From the NCBI GenBank assembly GCA_963823665.1, contig CAWGMQ010000006.1, positions 768,001 through 832,000 of the forward strand: DNA of 64,000 nt, read 5' to 3'. The notes beneath the pieces were generated by a model. It was not told the origin of the DNA. It saw only the letters and a list, made by a program, of their open reading frames with translations, and ran no database searches. Every line of letters begins with the position of its first letter. Within the stretch, counting starts at the first letter, position 1. The DNA is from an uncultured Planctomycetota bacterium (GTDB taxonomy: Bacteria > Planctomycetota > Planctomycetia > Isosphaerales > Isosphaeraceae). Of the stretch, positions 13,586-24,092 are shown piece after piece. A program made the translations under genes and the position numbers.

Positions 13586-15803
13586 ATGGGCATCGAAGAC
13601 ACATTTCGCGAGGCACAGGCCTGCCATGTCCGCGGCCAGCTCGTCCAGGCTGAGGAGCGCTACCGCCAGGTACTGGCGCTCGAACCGCGCGCGGTAGGAG
13701 CCCTCGAAGGCCTGGGTGTGCTTCTCTTCCAGCAGGGCAATGCCCCCTTGGCCGTCGAGTTCTTCAGTCGCGCCGTCCCCTTGAACCCTCGATCGGCGCG
13801 GTTGCGGGCTAATCTGGGCGAAGCGCTGCGCAGCGTCAAACAGCTCGAGGGGGCACATGAGCACTTGAGCGCCGCCGCCGCCCTCGACCCCACCCTTGCA
13901 CAAACCTGGAACAGCCTGGGCCTGCTGGCGGCTGACCAGAAGCAGCACGGCGACGCCGAAGCCCGATTCCGCGAGGCCATCCGCCTGAATCCCCGGGTCA
14001 TGGCCGCCCGCGTCAACCTGGCCAACGCCCTCCACGGTCTCGGCCGCCTGGATGAAGCCATCGCCGAGTTACGCATCGTCATCGAGGCCGAGCCCAACAA
14101 CGTCCTCGCGTTGACTAACCTGGGTCAGATGCTCTGCGACAGGCGCCCCAAGGACCTCGCCCAGGCCGAAAGCCTATGCCGCCTGGCCGTTGGGCTCGCC
14201 CCGAGCCTCGCAAGCGCCTTGAATGGCCTCGGAAAGGTTCTTCGCCTTCGAGGAAATCTGGACGAAGCCAGGGCCTGCCATGAGCGGGCCCTGGTCAAGA
14301 GCCCCCGCGACCCGACCCCTCATCATCATCTCGGCCAGCTCTCGCTCGAGCATGGCCGCCTGGCCGAAGCGTCGCACCATTTCCTCGCCGGCCGCGCCAA
14401 GAGTCCCGGCAATTCCCTGTTCCATCTCGACATCGGCGAGCTGCTCGTGGCAAGCTCGCGCTCGGCCGAAGCCCGCCCCCATTTCGAAAGGGCGCTCGAA
14501 TGCGATCCCACGAACGCGGAGGCGCATCATGGGCTGGGCCGTGTGCTGATGGAAGAAGGCCGCCTGGACGAAGCCGAAGCCGCATTTCGAGAGGCGCTGC
14601 GGCTCGACGCGGCGCTTGCACGTTCGTGGAGCGCGATCGCCCGCATTCAAGCCGAACGCGGTGATCTCGAGCTCTCCTGCGGGTCGGCCCGCAAGGCACT
14701 CGCAATCCGCCCGGAAATCGCGGAACCCTACTTGCGGCTGGCAGTCAACCAGCGCGGCCGCCTGGCCGATTCCGAAGAGCAGAGCCTTGAGCGGCTGATC
14801 CATGAGCCACATCTGCCTGCCGACGCTAAATCGCACCTGCACTTCAGCCTCGCGATCGTCCGCGATCGCCGCGGACTCTACGCGGAAGCCGCTTCGCTCT
14901 TCGACAAAGCCCACGAAATCCAGGCGGCCTGGCGAGCCGCACGCGGACAGTTCTACGATGCCGCCAGGCAGTCGCGGTTCAACGAAAGAATGATCGCAGC
15001 CTTCCCGCCCGGAAGTCTCGACCAAAACCGGCCCCGGAGCGACTTGGCCGCTCGCCCCGTCTTCATCGTCGGTCTGCCGCGCTCCGGAACCAGTATGATC
15101 GAGCAAATGCTCGCATCTCACAATGCGGTCTGGGGCGCCGGCGAGCTACCCGACTTGCACAATATCCTGCGAGGCCTTCCCCAACTGGCCGGTTGTCCGC
15201 AGACAGCGCCGGTCGAGCTGCTACGGAATCTCGACCCCAGCATCGCGGAGATCATGGCCCGCCAGTACGCCGATCGACTCGCCGCGATCGCGCCCGAGGG
15301 CGCCGCCCGCATCGTCGACAAGATGCAGGACAACATCCGTCTGCTGGGGCTCATCGGCCTCATCCTGCCCGGCGCCCGCGTGATTCTTTGCAGTCGAGAA
15401 CCTCCGCGACGTCGCCGTATCCTGCCGCCAAGCCGCCTTCACCGCCAACATCTGGACCGACGACTGGCAATCCATCGCACAACGGTTTGCCGACTACCAG
15501 CGCATCGTGGCCCACTGGCGGCTTGTTCGGCCCGTGGATTGGCTCGAGGTCCGGTACGAAGATTGCGTACAAGACCTCGAGGGCAACGCACGCCGCATGA
15601 TCGAATTCCTGGAACTTGAATGGGACGCGGCCTGCCTGGATTTCGCGAGCACCCGCCGCGTCGTGCGCACCGCCAGCCTCGCCCAGGTTCGCCAGCCCGT
15701 CCACGATCGCTCCATCGGCCGCTGGCGCCGCTACGAGGCCTGGCACGCGCCCATGTTCGAGGCGTTCAAGACCCACGGAGTCACCGTGGAAGGCCCGGAT
15801 TGA
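13586..15803 (+). CDS. TPR-repeat sulfotransferase; frameshift near 15399
   Basis: Many TPR units and the PAPS-binding motif PVFIVGLPRSGTSMIEQML. Removing one base gives CSRDLRDVAVSC, which continues into VRYED...VRTASLAQVRQP. Confidence 0.9.
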
Positions 15804-15833
15804 TTCCCGCCGTGCGATGTCCTGAATACCGTT

Positions 15834-15857
15834 GTAGCAGGCACACTCCGTGTGCCG
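15834..15857 (+). repeat. GTAG-type REP-like palindrome (GTAGCA-GGCACAC-TCC-GTGTGCC), copy 1
   Basis: Identical core at about 25808 and 29825. Confidence 0.8.
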
Positions 15858-15881
15858 CCCGCTGAAATCCTCGGATGGTTG

Positions 15882-16090
15882 TCAGTAGACGCCGACCGGC
15901 TTGCCGGGGTAGCCTCCGTCGGCCGCAAGCGCTTCGAGCACGCTGCCGAGGTCCCACGCCTGGCGCCCCACGAATCCGAGCCGGGCCATGTTGATGCGGA
16001 AGGCCTGGAAGGCCGGCCGTTCCTTGCTGTCCGCCCACCAGTGACCGGGATAAAAGAGCACCGCGGGTGCGGGCCGTTCCGCCCCCTCGT
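15882..16090 (-). pseudogene. Fragment of an alpha/beta-hydrolase (acetylxylan esterase-like) gene
   Basis: Minus frame reads PAPAVLFYPGHWWADSKERPAFQAFRINMARLGFV, resembling the PAVL..GH...K...Q......A..GFV segment of such hydrolases. There is no start and no catalytic half. Confidence 0.5.
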
Positions 16091-16378
16091 GCAGAGCGGG
16101 TCCACGTCGGCGTTCGCGCGTGTCGGTGGAGGAGTGAGAACGCCAGACAACCGGGTAAAACCGTAACCAGGACGCGGAGATGACGCCCGTGCCGTCGCGG
16201 AAGCACGCGCGCAACAAATGCTGCCCTGCGTCATCTGCGTCATTTCGCACCCCAAAACTTCCGCATTGTAGCGATCGTTCCTTCAATGACGGCAAAGGCA
16301 CGCCGCCCCATTGTCGCCGTTCACTCCGCGAAGGGGCATCGGGCATTACCAGCGAGTTGCTGTGGTTCCACAGCGCGC

Positions 16379-19339
16379 TTAGTCCCGCCCGGAGTCTGGA
16401 CCGGCCGGCCCCAATCGGTAGGATTCCTTGGCGCAGACGTCGCCCCAATCCTGTGTTTCGCCAGCCTTGAACGTCTGCTGTGGTTTACCGATCCACCCCA
16501 AGAAACGATTCTGATGCGTCGTGTTGTCGAGCTCCATCGCGTCGAAGCTGTAGGCGACGCCGGGAACGAGTCCGCTGATCCGAAACCGCCCGTCGGGGCC
16601 GGTCGGCGGCTGTACGCCAAAGCGGTGGCACGAAATTGTTCCGAATGCTTGATTGACGACGATCGGAATGTTCGGACGGGGCTTACCTTGCTCGTCGACG
16701 AGACGTCCGGTGACCGTCGCAGTCGCTTCAAGCGTGACCTGAATGGGGTCAGGCTCGCGGCCGTTGACGATCAGAGCCGCACCCGCTGCCCCGTCTTCTC
16801 GAGCGATCACAACCGACTCGTCGTTTCCGGGCTCTGGATGCACGAAGGTAAACTCACCGCGGCTCGACAATTCGCCGCTACCCACGGGAGGGAGCAACGC
16901 GACCAAGGGCACTCCCGCGGCTGCCTTCCCGTCGGCGCGCAGCACCTGCACATGTTGAGTACGTCCCTGCACGACCACGATGTCGGGCACCGTCACTTGC
17001 TCTGCGGGCCCGGGACTAATCGCCACTAACGCCTGGAACTGCTTCATTGCGTTCTCAAAGCCATCGTTGTAGAGAACCTTGCCCGCCAGCTCCTCAGGTA
17101 ACGGCTTGGCGACCAGGAATTTGCGATCGGTCGTTTGCACCGCGAGGATGCCTTCGCCGGGAAGCGCGACCGCCCGAAATTTGCCGGCGGCGTCAGTGGG
17201 GAATTCTCCATCGTCCGACAGGTTCTTATCGAAGAACGACGCGTCCGGACAGTCCTTTAACTGAGGGTTGTCGCGGAGGGGATAGTATCGGACGATTGCG
17301 CTGACAGGTCGTCCATCCGATTGGTTCTGCACTTTACCCTCCACCCACACACCGCGCTTGAGGGCGATCTCGACGTGAACCGGCCCCAGTCCGGGAGCAT
17401 CCGAGATGGTTTTGCCGACCTGGATGTAGGGTTGTCCTTCGGTGATCACTTCGAGGTCTTGTCGAGATTGTTTGGGCTGCGATGGGATTCTGAAATGGCC
17501 TTGAGCGTCGCTGGTCGCGGAGAGCATGAAGCCGGCCGAGCGAACCATCGCGCCGCGGACCGGCCGCGCCGAATTGGATTCGTGAATCACGCCATCGATC
17601 ACACGGCCCGGTGCGACCGTGAGCTCGCACCGAGGCCCGAACAGCCGATCGCCAAAGTCGTGCGCGGGCAGTGCCAGAGGGACGTAGGCCCGATCGCTCG
17701 ATGTGTAGATCATCGCGCGTAACTGCTCAACAGACTCGCCTTCGATGAGCAAGAGAGCGGCGCGGTCGCGACCGATCCCCGTCAGACGAAACCGGCCGTC
17801 GATGTCGGTTCGGACCGGAGAAATGAACCCGACCTTGGCCAGAATCAGGGCATCCATGAAAAGTTGTTCAAAAGCACTGTCATTCAAGGTCCCAGCGTTT
17901 TGCTTGAGTTTCTCGAGTGATTCCGCCGCGAAATTCGCGAGCAGGACCGTGTAGACGGTCAAGTCGGATACCGGCTTGCCATCCGGCCCCGTGACCCGGC
18001 CTTCGACGGGCACGTCGTCGCGACGAAGGCGAAGCGTCAGAGAGGGCGGGTCACCAGTGTCTTGAGGATCAAGCTTGACCCAGTCGGGTGCATGACCAGC
18101 GGCAACGGCAGAGATCACGGGGCGCTCGACGCCGCTCGGGCCCCGACGGGCCAGCGCTTCGCGGCTGAGCGCAACCTCGAATCGACCCGCCGCGCGACTG
18201 ATCCCCAAACTTTGGGGGGATGAACGGTCCGATTGCATGGTGAGGCTCGGCAGCGACAAGACGATCTGGGCACCCTCGACCGGTTTGCCGTCGTGGCCAA
18301 TCACCTGACCGCGAATCGTGACGGAGTCGCCCTTCTTGCTTCCGCTCGCCTTCGGCAAGTCGGCGGCCTGGCGGCCGCCTGCTTGTTCCCCAACGCCTTT
18401 CGCGTTCAAGCCCGCCGGCTCGCCTTTCTCAGCGACTGGTCCTGCCATCGAGAGCCCGATCGCGACACTCGCCATGCCCAGCACGACCACCACCGACGCG
18501 AGCCGGACCTTGGCCAACGCGAGGTTTCGGGTGACTGCTTTCGACAGGTAAAGAGCGGTCGTGGGAATGAGGCTTTCGATCATGGTCCCGGCCAGGGCCA
18601 GGCTGCTCGCGGCACGAACGGTGCTCTCCACCAGTTGCACTGGAACGGTTGCACTCGGAAACATTCGGCCCCCAGCCGAGGCAGCCGGCATGAGAACGTC
18701 GAGAGAATAGCCCCGGTGTTCGAGCCGACGTCGCAGGCGAGCGCGGGCGCGGGCGAGTCTTGAAAGCACAGTGCCACGACGGCATCCCAGCCGCGCTGCG
18801 ATCGCCTCGGTCGCGATTCCCTCAAAATAATGGAGGATGACCGGCGTGCGAAGTCGATCGGGCAGGTTGTCGATCGCCGCGATCAAGGGACCGTAATCCG
18901 GCTCGGGTTCTGGATCGTTCGTCGTCGCCGCACCGTCGCCCTGGGCAAGCCGCTTGGCGTGGAAATTCTCGAGTTGTCGTCGCCGGCGCGCGACGTCGGC
19001 GCGGGCCTTGACCGCGACGCGACGCGCGATACCAAATAGCCACGCAGCAGTCGCTCCGCGGCCGGGGATCGAGCCAGCCTTGCGCGCCAGCACCAAAAAT
19101 GTCGCCTGAAACGCGTCGTGGGCATCATGGTCATGTTGCACGATTCGCTTGCATACGGACAGCACCATGGCGCCATGCCGTTCAACCAAAGCGGCGAAAG
19201 CCGCCTCGGATTCAGCCATGTCGGTCCGGGCGAGAAACCGCTCGACGAGCTCGTCATCGGTCAATGATCCAACCGAGCCCAACGTCCAGATGGTTCTGAG
19301 TTGAACGGCCAATGCCACATCGCTGCTTGCTCGCTTCAT
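16379..19339 (-). CDS. ECF sigma-70 factor with a TM helix and a long C-terminal extension (carboxypeptidase-regulatory-like repeats)
   Basis: TDDELVERF..AFAALVERHGAMVLSVC..DAHDAFQATFLVLARKA and region 4; then a hydrophobic helix and repeated GRV...GKPV.G / TD..GRFR..G units. Start ATG 19339. Confidence 0.9.
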   Translation of the reverse strand: MKRASSDVALAVQLRTIWTLGSVGSLTDDELVERFLARTDMAESEAAFAALVERHGAMVLSVCKRIVQHDHDAHDAFQATFLVLARKAGSIPGRGATAAWLFGIARRVAVKARADVARRRRQLENFHAKRLAQGDGAATTNDPEPEPDYGPLIAAIDNLPDRLRTPVILHYFEGIATEAIAARLGCRRGTVLSRLARARARLRRRLEHRGYSLDVLMPAASAGGRMFPSATVPVQLVESTVRAASSLALAGTMIESLIPTTALYLSKAVTRNLALAKVRLASVVVVLGMASVAIGLSMAGPVAEKGEPAGLNAKGVGEQAGGRQAADLPKASGSKKGDSVTIRGQVIGHDGKPVEGAQIVLSLPSLTMQSDRSSPQSLGISRAAGRFEVALSREALARRGPSGVERPVISAVAAGHAPDWVKLDPQDTGDPPSLTLRLRRDDVPVEGRVTGPDGKPVSDLTVYTVLLANFAAESLEKLKQNAGTLNDSAFEQLFMDALILAKVGFISPVRTDIDGRFRLTGIGRDRAALLLIEGESVEQLRAMIYTSSDRAYVPLALPAHDFGDRLFGPRCELTVAPGRVIDGVIHESNSARPVRGAMVRSAGFMLSATSDAQGHFRIPSQPKQSRQDLEVITEGQPYIQVGKTISDAPGLGPVHVEIALKRGVWVEGKVQNQSDGRPVSAIVRYYPLRDNPQLKDCPDASFFDKNLSDDGEFPTDAAGKFRAVALPGEGILAVQTTDRKFLVAKPLPEELAGKVLYNDGFENAMKQFQALVAISPGPAEQVTVPDIVVVQGRTQHVQVLRADGKAAAGVPLVALLPPVGSGELSSRGEFTFVHPEPGNDESVVIAREDGAAGAALIVNGREPDPIQVTLEATATVTGRLVDEQGKPRPNIPIVVNQAFGTISCHRFGVQPPTGPDGRFRISGLVPGVAYSFDAMELDNTTHQNRFLGWIGKPQQTFKAGETQDWGDVCAKESYRLGPAGPDSGRD

Positions 19340-19506
19340 TGGGGAATCCTTTCCGGGACAGGGTTTCCGATCGCCTTCCATCATAAAATGCCGCGCCGGG
19401 GCCTGGCGATTCCCGATTTTCGAAAACGCCAGGCGCCTTTGCGGCCGTTCCAACTGGCCTGGAATGACGACGAATTCAGTCGTCATAAAGGGCTAATCGA
19501 AAGTGA

Positions 19507-20154
19507 TCAACCTCTGGAGAGCGCCCCGTAGAGCAACCTTCTCGCCCGCCTCAACGTATCCTCGATCTCGGTGAGACCGCCAATACCCATCACCTTGAAC
19601 AGAAGCCGATCAATGTCGGCTTCGATATCGTCAAGAACTGTGGACCGGCTCACTCGTGGTTGCACGCTGACCGTGGCGGCGGTCTCTTTACCAGGCGTTA
19701 CGAGTTTCTTGGCTGCTGCGGATGTCTTGGACTTTTTGGTGTTGGGTCGAAGGTTTCCCGAAAGACCCAGCGATGATTTCACTTTGAATATGACGGTCTT
19801 GCTGATGCCCCCGTTGAATCCCGCAGCCCGCCACGCTTCGTTGATCGCACGGACGTTCGCTCGGGGATGGTCGTTCAGGTATTCCTTGACGAACATGGCC
19901 TTACCGGGATTGAGTACCGGCTTGGACTTTTTGCTGGCTGGCTTTGCCTTGGCGGCTGGTTTGGTCTTCCCGGGTTGATTGCCGATGAGCCCCAGTCGCT
20001 TGCGCATTTCGCTGACGATGGGATGACTGATCGTCCCCTTCATCCCGGCAGCCGTCCATGCCTCATTGACGGCTTTCGCGTTGGCTTGGGGATTCTTCTC
20101 CAGGAAGTTCCGGACGAAATTGGTCTTGCCCTGACTCTGGGTTGCTACTGCCAC
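19507..20154 (-). CDS. Basic hypothetical protein with two copies of a ~48-aa repeat
   Basis: GKTNFVRNFLEKNPQANAKAVNEAWTAAG..IS...LGL and GKAMFVKEYLNDHPRANVRAINEAWRAAG..IS...LGL with Lys/Ala linkers; GTG start after an AAGGAG RBS. Confidence 0.8.
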   Translation of the reverse strand: MAVATQSQGKTNFVRNFLEKNPQANAKAVNEAWTAAGMKGTISHPIVSEMRKRLGLIGNQPGKTKPAAKAKPASKKSKPVLNPGKAMFVKEYLNDHPRANVRAINEAWRAAGFNGGISKTVIFKVKSSLGLSGNLRPNTKKSKTSAAAKKLVTPGKETAATVSVQPRVSRSTVLDDIEADIDRLLFKVMGIGGLTEIEDTLRRARRLLYGALSRG

Positions 20155-20237
20155 GATGTATTCTCCTTGTCACAAAATCTCAACGACACGCTGACAGTAG
20201 ACCAGAAAAGCCACTTGATCTGAATACGCAAGCGGGC

Positions 20238-20636
20238 TTAATCATCAACCGTTGACGCATAGACGACAAGATAGCAACGGTTCTTTTCGTCACGTCCAGT
20301 GCCGACAATCGGAAAATCAATGTGAACAGTTCCGCCGTCGTCCAGCACGATAGGCGTTTCGCAGCAGTCAACCGTGAACTCGCTTGCGCATGACATCAAT
20401 CGGGCCAATTCTCCCTCCAGTCTTGCGAGCGAAAGCGGCAGGCCGTCGGAAGCTGTGATAAGCAGGATTTCCTCCGCCGTCTCCTCCACCTCCACCGATG
20501 TAATTGGCTGCCGGACGCCCTCAACTTCGCGCCGTTCGCCTGCCGGGTTCCGCTTGAAGGACGCAAAGAGGACCGGCCATTCCTCAGCACCCTTGCCGTC
20601 TTTCCGAATCATCTCCACAAGGCGCTTGAGTTTCAT
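20238..20636 (-). CDS. Hypothetical protein
   Basis: 132-aa ORF with protein-like composition; no recognised motif. Confidence 0.6.
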   Translation of the reverse strand: MKLKRLVEMIRKDGKGAEEWPVLFASFKRNPAGERREVEGVRQPITSVEVEETAEEILLITASDGLPLSLARLEGELARLMSCASEFTVDCCETPIVLDDGGTVHIDFPIVGTGRDEKNRCYLVVYASTVDD

Positions 20637-20773
20637 AGCAGTCCCACCGCTAGTGCGAGCAGGGGCACAGCGACCAGGGCCTCGCCGAACCCGAACGCCG
20701 AACGGATCACGGTGGCGAGTCCGATCACGGCCAGCACGTGTAGCGTAGTCTGATCCGTGGCATTGAATCTCAT
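20633..20773 (-). pseudogene. N-terminal remnant of a TauE/SafE (sulfite exporter) family membrane protein
   Basis: Manual translation MRFNATDQTTLHVLAVIGLATVIRSAFGFGEALVAVPLLALAVGLL* (46 aa) matches the first TauE hairpin pattern (..SAFGFG.AL.AVPLL). Confidence 0.6.
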
Positions 20774-20864
20774 TATAGGTCGATGAAGGCTTGATGTCCC
20801 CAGGTTTAGCCCTCGACCCCGACCTCGAGGTCGCCGTGCTGGCTCTTTCTGGAGGAACGCTGTT

Positions 20865-21353
20865 AGTTGGAGAGTTCTGATCCTGCCTTTCCTGGGGCAG
20901 CAGGAGCTTTACGAAGCTTACAACTTCGATGAGCCTTGGAACGGTCCGAATAACCGGAAGCTCGCAAGCCGGGTCGGCAACATCTATCTTCGTTCAGGAT
21001 TGGAATCCGATCAGATCCAGACGACGAGTTTCGTAGCAGTTGTTGGACCCGAGACAGTGTGGCCGGGCAGCGAGCCGAGAAGCCGCAATGACCTCGGCGA
21101 TGGGACGCACGAGAATCTCATGGTGGTCGAGGTCCCAGACGGGCAGTTCCTCTGGATGGAACCAAGGGACCTGGAGCTCGACAGCATGAGTTTCAAGATC
21201 AACGATGGGTCCGGGCGGGGACTGGGCAGCCGACTGGGCGGCGCCAGGGTGGTCTCTGCGGATGGCAGCGTTCGCACGCTCCCCGACGACCATGATGGCA
21301 ACAAGTTGAGGGCGATGCTGACAGCAAATGGCGGGGAGAAGATCGAGGAGTAG
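20865..21353 (+). pseudogene. 5'-truncated DUF1559 family gene
   Basis: In frame upstream of ORF 21000: SWRVLILPFLGQQELYEAYNFDEPWNGPNNRKLA, then WMEPRD and ADGSVR. There is no start codon between the stop at 20784 and this motif. Confidence 0.75.
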
Positions 21354-21574
21354 GCGAGCATGATCTCCGGCTGCCGCTCGGGAAGTTCGTTCACCAGCCA
21401 GCCAACCAGCTCCTCACGATCACCCGTCGACCCACCGATCCCACAGCTCGGCGCTAGTCCCCTGGCTCTCAAGGTCTTTTCTCAAGAGGAACGGTTTGTT
21501 TGTCGTCTGGGATTGGTCTGCTCCAATGAGAAACCGGCGACCGATATTCATCAATGCTCCGAGGATGGCAGACC

Positions 21575-21684
21575 AATCTTCCTGTCGTCCTCAGTCCCGA
21601 CGACCGTCGTTCGACTACATTCCTGCTCAAATCTTCCTGTCGTCCTCAGTCCCGACGACCGTCGTTCGTCTACATTCCTGCTCA
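21575..21684. repeat. Direct tandem duplication, 2 x 55 bp
   Basis: aatcttcctgtcgtcctcagtcccgacgaccgtcgttcg(a/t)ctacattcctgctca occurs twice with one mismatch. Confidence 0.9.
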
Positions 21685-22056
21685 TATTCGTCTCGGGATG
21701 ACCTATCGCATTCTCTCCAAGGCCGAAACCGCGAGTCGCTGCAATTCTCCTAGCGTACCCCAGATCGCTGCCCGTTTGCAAAATCGAAGATTGTTCGGCG
21801 CGGAGGTACAATGAACTCCTGCTAGACGTTTCCAGACTACGGATGATTTCGCCTCTTCATCGGCGTACATCGGCGTCGATCTGCGGACCAGAATCTCCGA
21901 CGCCCACGTGTCCCACGTCGCATCGGAAGCCTGTGCGTCTACTTTGACGCCGATCACTTGGTGGTTGCTCCAGCGAGTTAGTCGAGTTTTCGGTATGATC
22001 GCAGTCGTGGAAGCAAATCATGCTCGGAGGGTCTCCCAGTGCGGAGCGTCCCCACC

Positions 22057-22599
22057 ATGTCGACCGGCCCCGTGCGACGTTTCTCGCGGCGCTGCCTGCG
22101 GTTCAGCGTGCGCGGGCTGATCATCGTCGTGCTCCTGATCGCCGGCTGGCTTGGCTGGATTGTGCGCGGCGCACGAATCCAGCACGAGGCCGTCGCGGCG
22201 ATCATCAAGGACCGGGGTCGAATCGAATACGACTGGGAATCGCACAGCGGGTGTTTCAGTGCGGCAGGAACGCCCTGGGCACCGCGCTGGCTCACAGAGC
22301 AGATGGGCATCGACTACTTCGGCCACGTTACCTCGGTCGTGCTCAACTCGGAAACAAATACGACAATCGCACACGTCGGCCGTCTCAATCGACTGCAGCG
22401 ACTGGAACTGTCCCATATGGGCGGCCATCTGGCGCATCTGAGCGGCCTGACCAAACTCACCGAACTTCAGCTCAAGGACACCCGACTCACCGACGCGGGA
22501 ATGGCCCAGCTCAAGCAAGTCTTGCCGCTCTCCGATATCCACCCGTGCGGAGCAGCCTTTCAAAGAGCAGCGCAGATCGACATCCTGCCGAAGCCTTGA
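22057..22599 (+). CDS. Short membrane-anchored leucine-rich-repeat protein
   Basis: RFSVRGLIIVVLLIAGWLGWIVR.ARIQHEAVAAI leader, then LAHLSGLTKLTELQLKDTRLTDAG LRR. Confidence 0.8.
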   Translation: MSTGPVRRFSRRCLRFSVRGLIIVVLLIAGWLGWIVRGARIQHEAVAAIIKDRGRIEYDWESHSGCFSAAGTPWAPRWLTEQMGIDYFGHVTSVVLNSETNTTIAHVGRLNRLQRLELSHMGGHLAHLSGLTKLTELQLKDTRLTDAGMAQLKQVLPLSDIHPCGAAFQRAAQIDILPKP

Positions 22600-23705
22600 C
22601 CGCCGATCCGCCGGCTGAATTGTTCTCCCGCCACTTCCCCACGTTCTATGTTCCCTGGAAATGCCTCAGATCCTTACTGACCCGGCTGTGGCCCCGTCGC
22701 CGCGCCATCGCTTGCGCGATGCTGGTCGCGGCTCTCTCGCTCGTCGTGCTCTACGGCTGCTGGAAGTGGGTGGTCGAACCGCAGCGGAGTGCCGTTGCCG
22801 CCATCCACAAAGCCGGCGGCTCGGTCGCCTACGAGTGGGAATGGAACAACGGCCGGCCCGCGCCGGCGGGTAGCCGGCCGCCGTGGCCGCGCTGGCTCGT
22901 GAAAATGCTTGGCCCGGATGTCCTCGGACAAGTGGTCGCGGTGAATCTCATTGGACGCACCGTCGACGACGCCGTGATGACTCACATCGGTAGCCTCACC
23001 CATCTCCAGGATCTTAACCTGCGATTCGCCACGCCACCGATCTCGTATTTGGCGAAACTCGAGAAACTCACCGATCTCGAGAACCTCGCACTCCCTTACG
23101 CAATCTTTTCTGATGACGACCTCGCCCATCTCGCCGGCCTGACCAAGCTCAAGCACCTCGATCTGCTTGGCCCAGAAATCACAAACAAAGGCCTGGCGCA
23201 CCTCGCCGGGATGCGACAGATGGCGTTGCTCCAGCTCATCAAAACGAACATTACAACGCTCGAGCCGATCCGCGGGCTAACGCAATTGAAGACGCTCAAC
23301 CTCCAGAACTCTCCGATCGGTGACGAAGGACTCAGGCCGCTGAAAGACTTCACAAGCCTGGAGTGGCTGCACCTGGGTGGGACGCAGGTCGACGACGCCG
23401 GATTAGCGCATCTCGCCACTCTGTCCAATCTAGCGACGCTGGAACTCTACAACACCCGCGTCGGTGACTTCGGTGTACGAATTCTCTTCGACCTACCGCG
23501 GGTCACGTCACTCAACCTGGCCAACACCCGCGTCACCGATGCGGGCCTCGCGGACCTGACCGAGCGGATGAACCGCGGCCCCTTGCAGAGTTTGGTCGTC
23601 TCCGGGCCTGGAGTCACGTCGGAGGGCGTCGCGGAGCTGCGAAAAAAACTGATTCGAGCGACTGTGATCGGCCCGGATCGCGTCATTTATCGGGATGCCG
23701 GTTGA
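22596..23705 (+). CDS. Membrane-anchored LRR protein, paralog 1 (start uncertain: TTG 22596 or ATG 22719)
   Basis: TM helix followed by about 8 repeats of type L.L..T.VTD.GL..L..L; highly similar to 24542..25717. Confidence 0.85.
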   Translation: MTADPPAELFSRHFPTFYVPWKCLRSLLTRLWPRRRAIACAMLVAALSLVVLYGCWKWVVEPQRSAVAAIHKAGGSVAYEWEWNNGRPAPAGSRPPWPRWLVKMLGPDVLGQVVAVNLIGRTVDDAVMTHIGSLTHLQDLNLRFATPPISYLAKLEKLTDLENLALPYAIFSDDDLAHLAGLTKLKHLDLLGPEITNKGLAHLAGMRQMALLQLIKTNITTLEPIRGLTQLKTLNLQNSPIGDEGLRPLKDFTSLEWLHLGGTQVDDAGLAHLATLSNLATLELYNTRVGDFGVRILFDLPRVTSLNLANTRVTDAGLADLTERMNRGPLQSLVVSGPGVTSEGVAELRKKLIRATVIGPDRVIYRDAG

Positions 23706-23768
23706 CCCGGGATTTGGTTAGAATGTGCCAAGAGGATATCGACGGACTGGCTGATTCGGAGTTGAAGC

Positions 23769-24092
23769 ATGTCGCTGACGATCACGATCGACCGTACGGA
23801 AGGGGGTCGTTTTCGGGCCTCGGTTCCCGAGCAGCCGCGTCTCGTTATTGAGCACGACGAGCTGCCGGATTTGGTCGAGGACCTCAAGCGCCTCCTCGAC
23901 GTGATCGAGGTGATGCCTGACGGCCGTCTCTTGGTCATCGAGTTGGAGGTGGGTAATCAGTCCGATGAAGCCGCTGCCAGGGCCGAGATAGAGAGGACGG
24001 CGCTGCGTAAGGAGGAGCTCGACGAACTGATCGACCGGTATCCGGTCCCTGCGCGATGGGGCGACGAACCGGGGTGGTCTGATGCCCTATGA
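23769..24092 (+). CDS. Putative antitoxin with a HicB-like N-terminus
   Basis: Small acidic ORF overlapping the downstream toxin start; GRFRASVPEQP...LVEDLKRLL resembles the HicB partial RNase H fold. Confidence 0.55.
   Translation: MSLTITIDRTEGGRFRASVPEQPRLVIEHDELPDLVEDLKRLLDVIEVMPDGRLLVIELEVGNQSDEAAARAEIERTALRKEELDELIDRYPVPARWGDEPGWSDAL

Noticed and set aside
20855..20875. Integron attC/attI site at the DUF1559 truncation (GTTAGTT)
   Set aside because: It does not fit GTTRRRY, there is no matching inverse core, and no integrase is in the window.
21575..21684. Mini-CRISPR
   Set aside because: Only two directly abutting 55-bp copies with no spacer.
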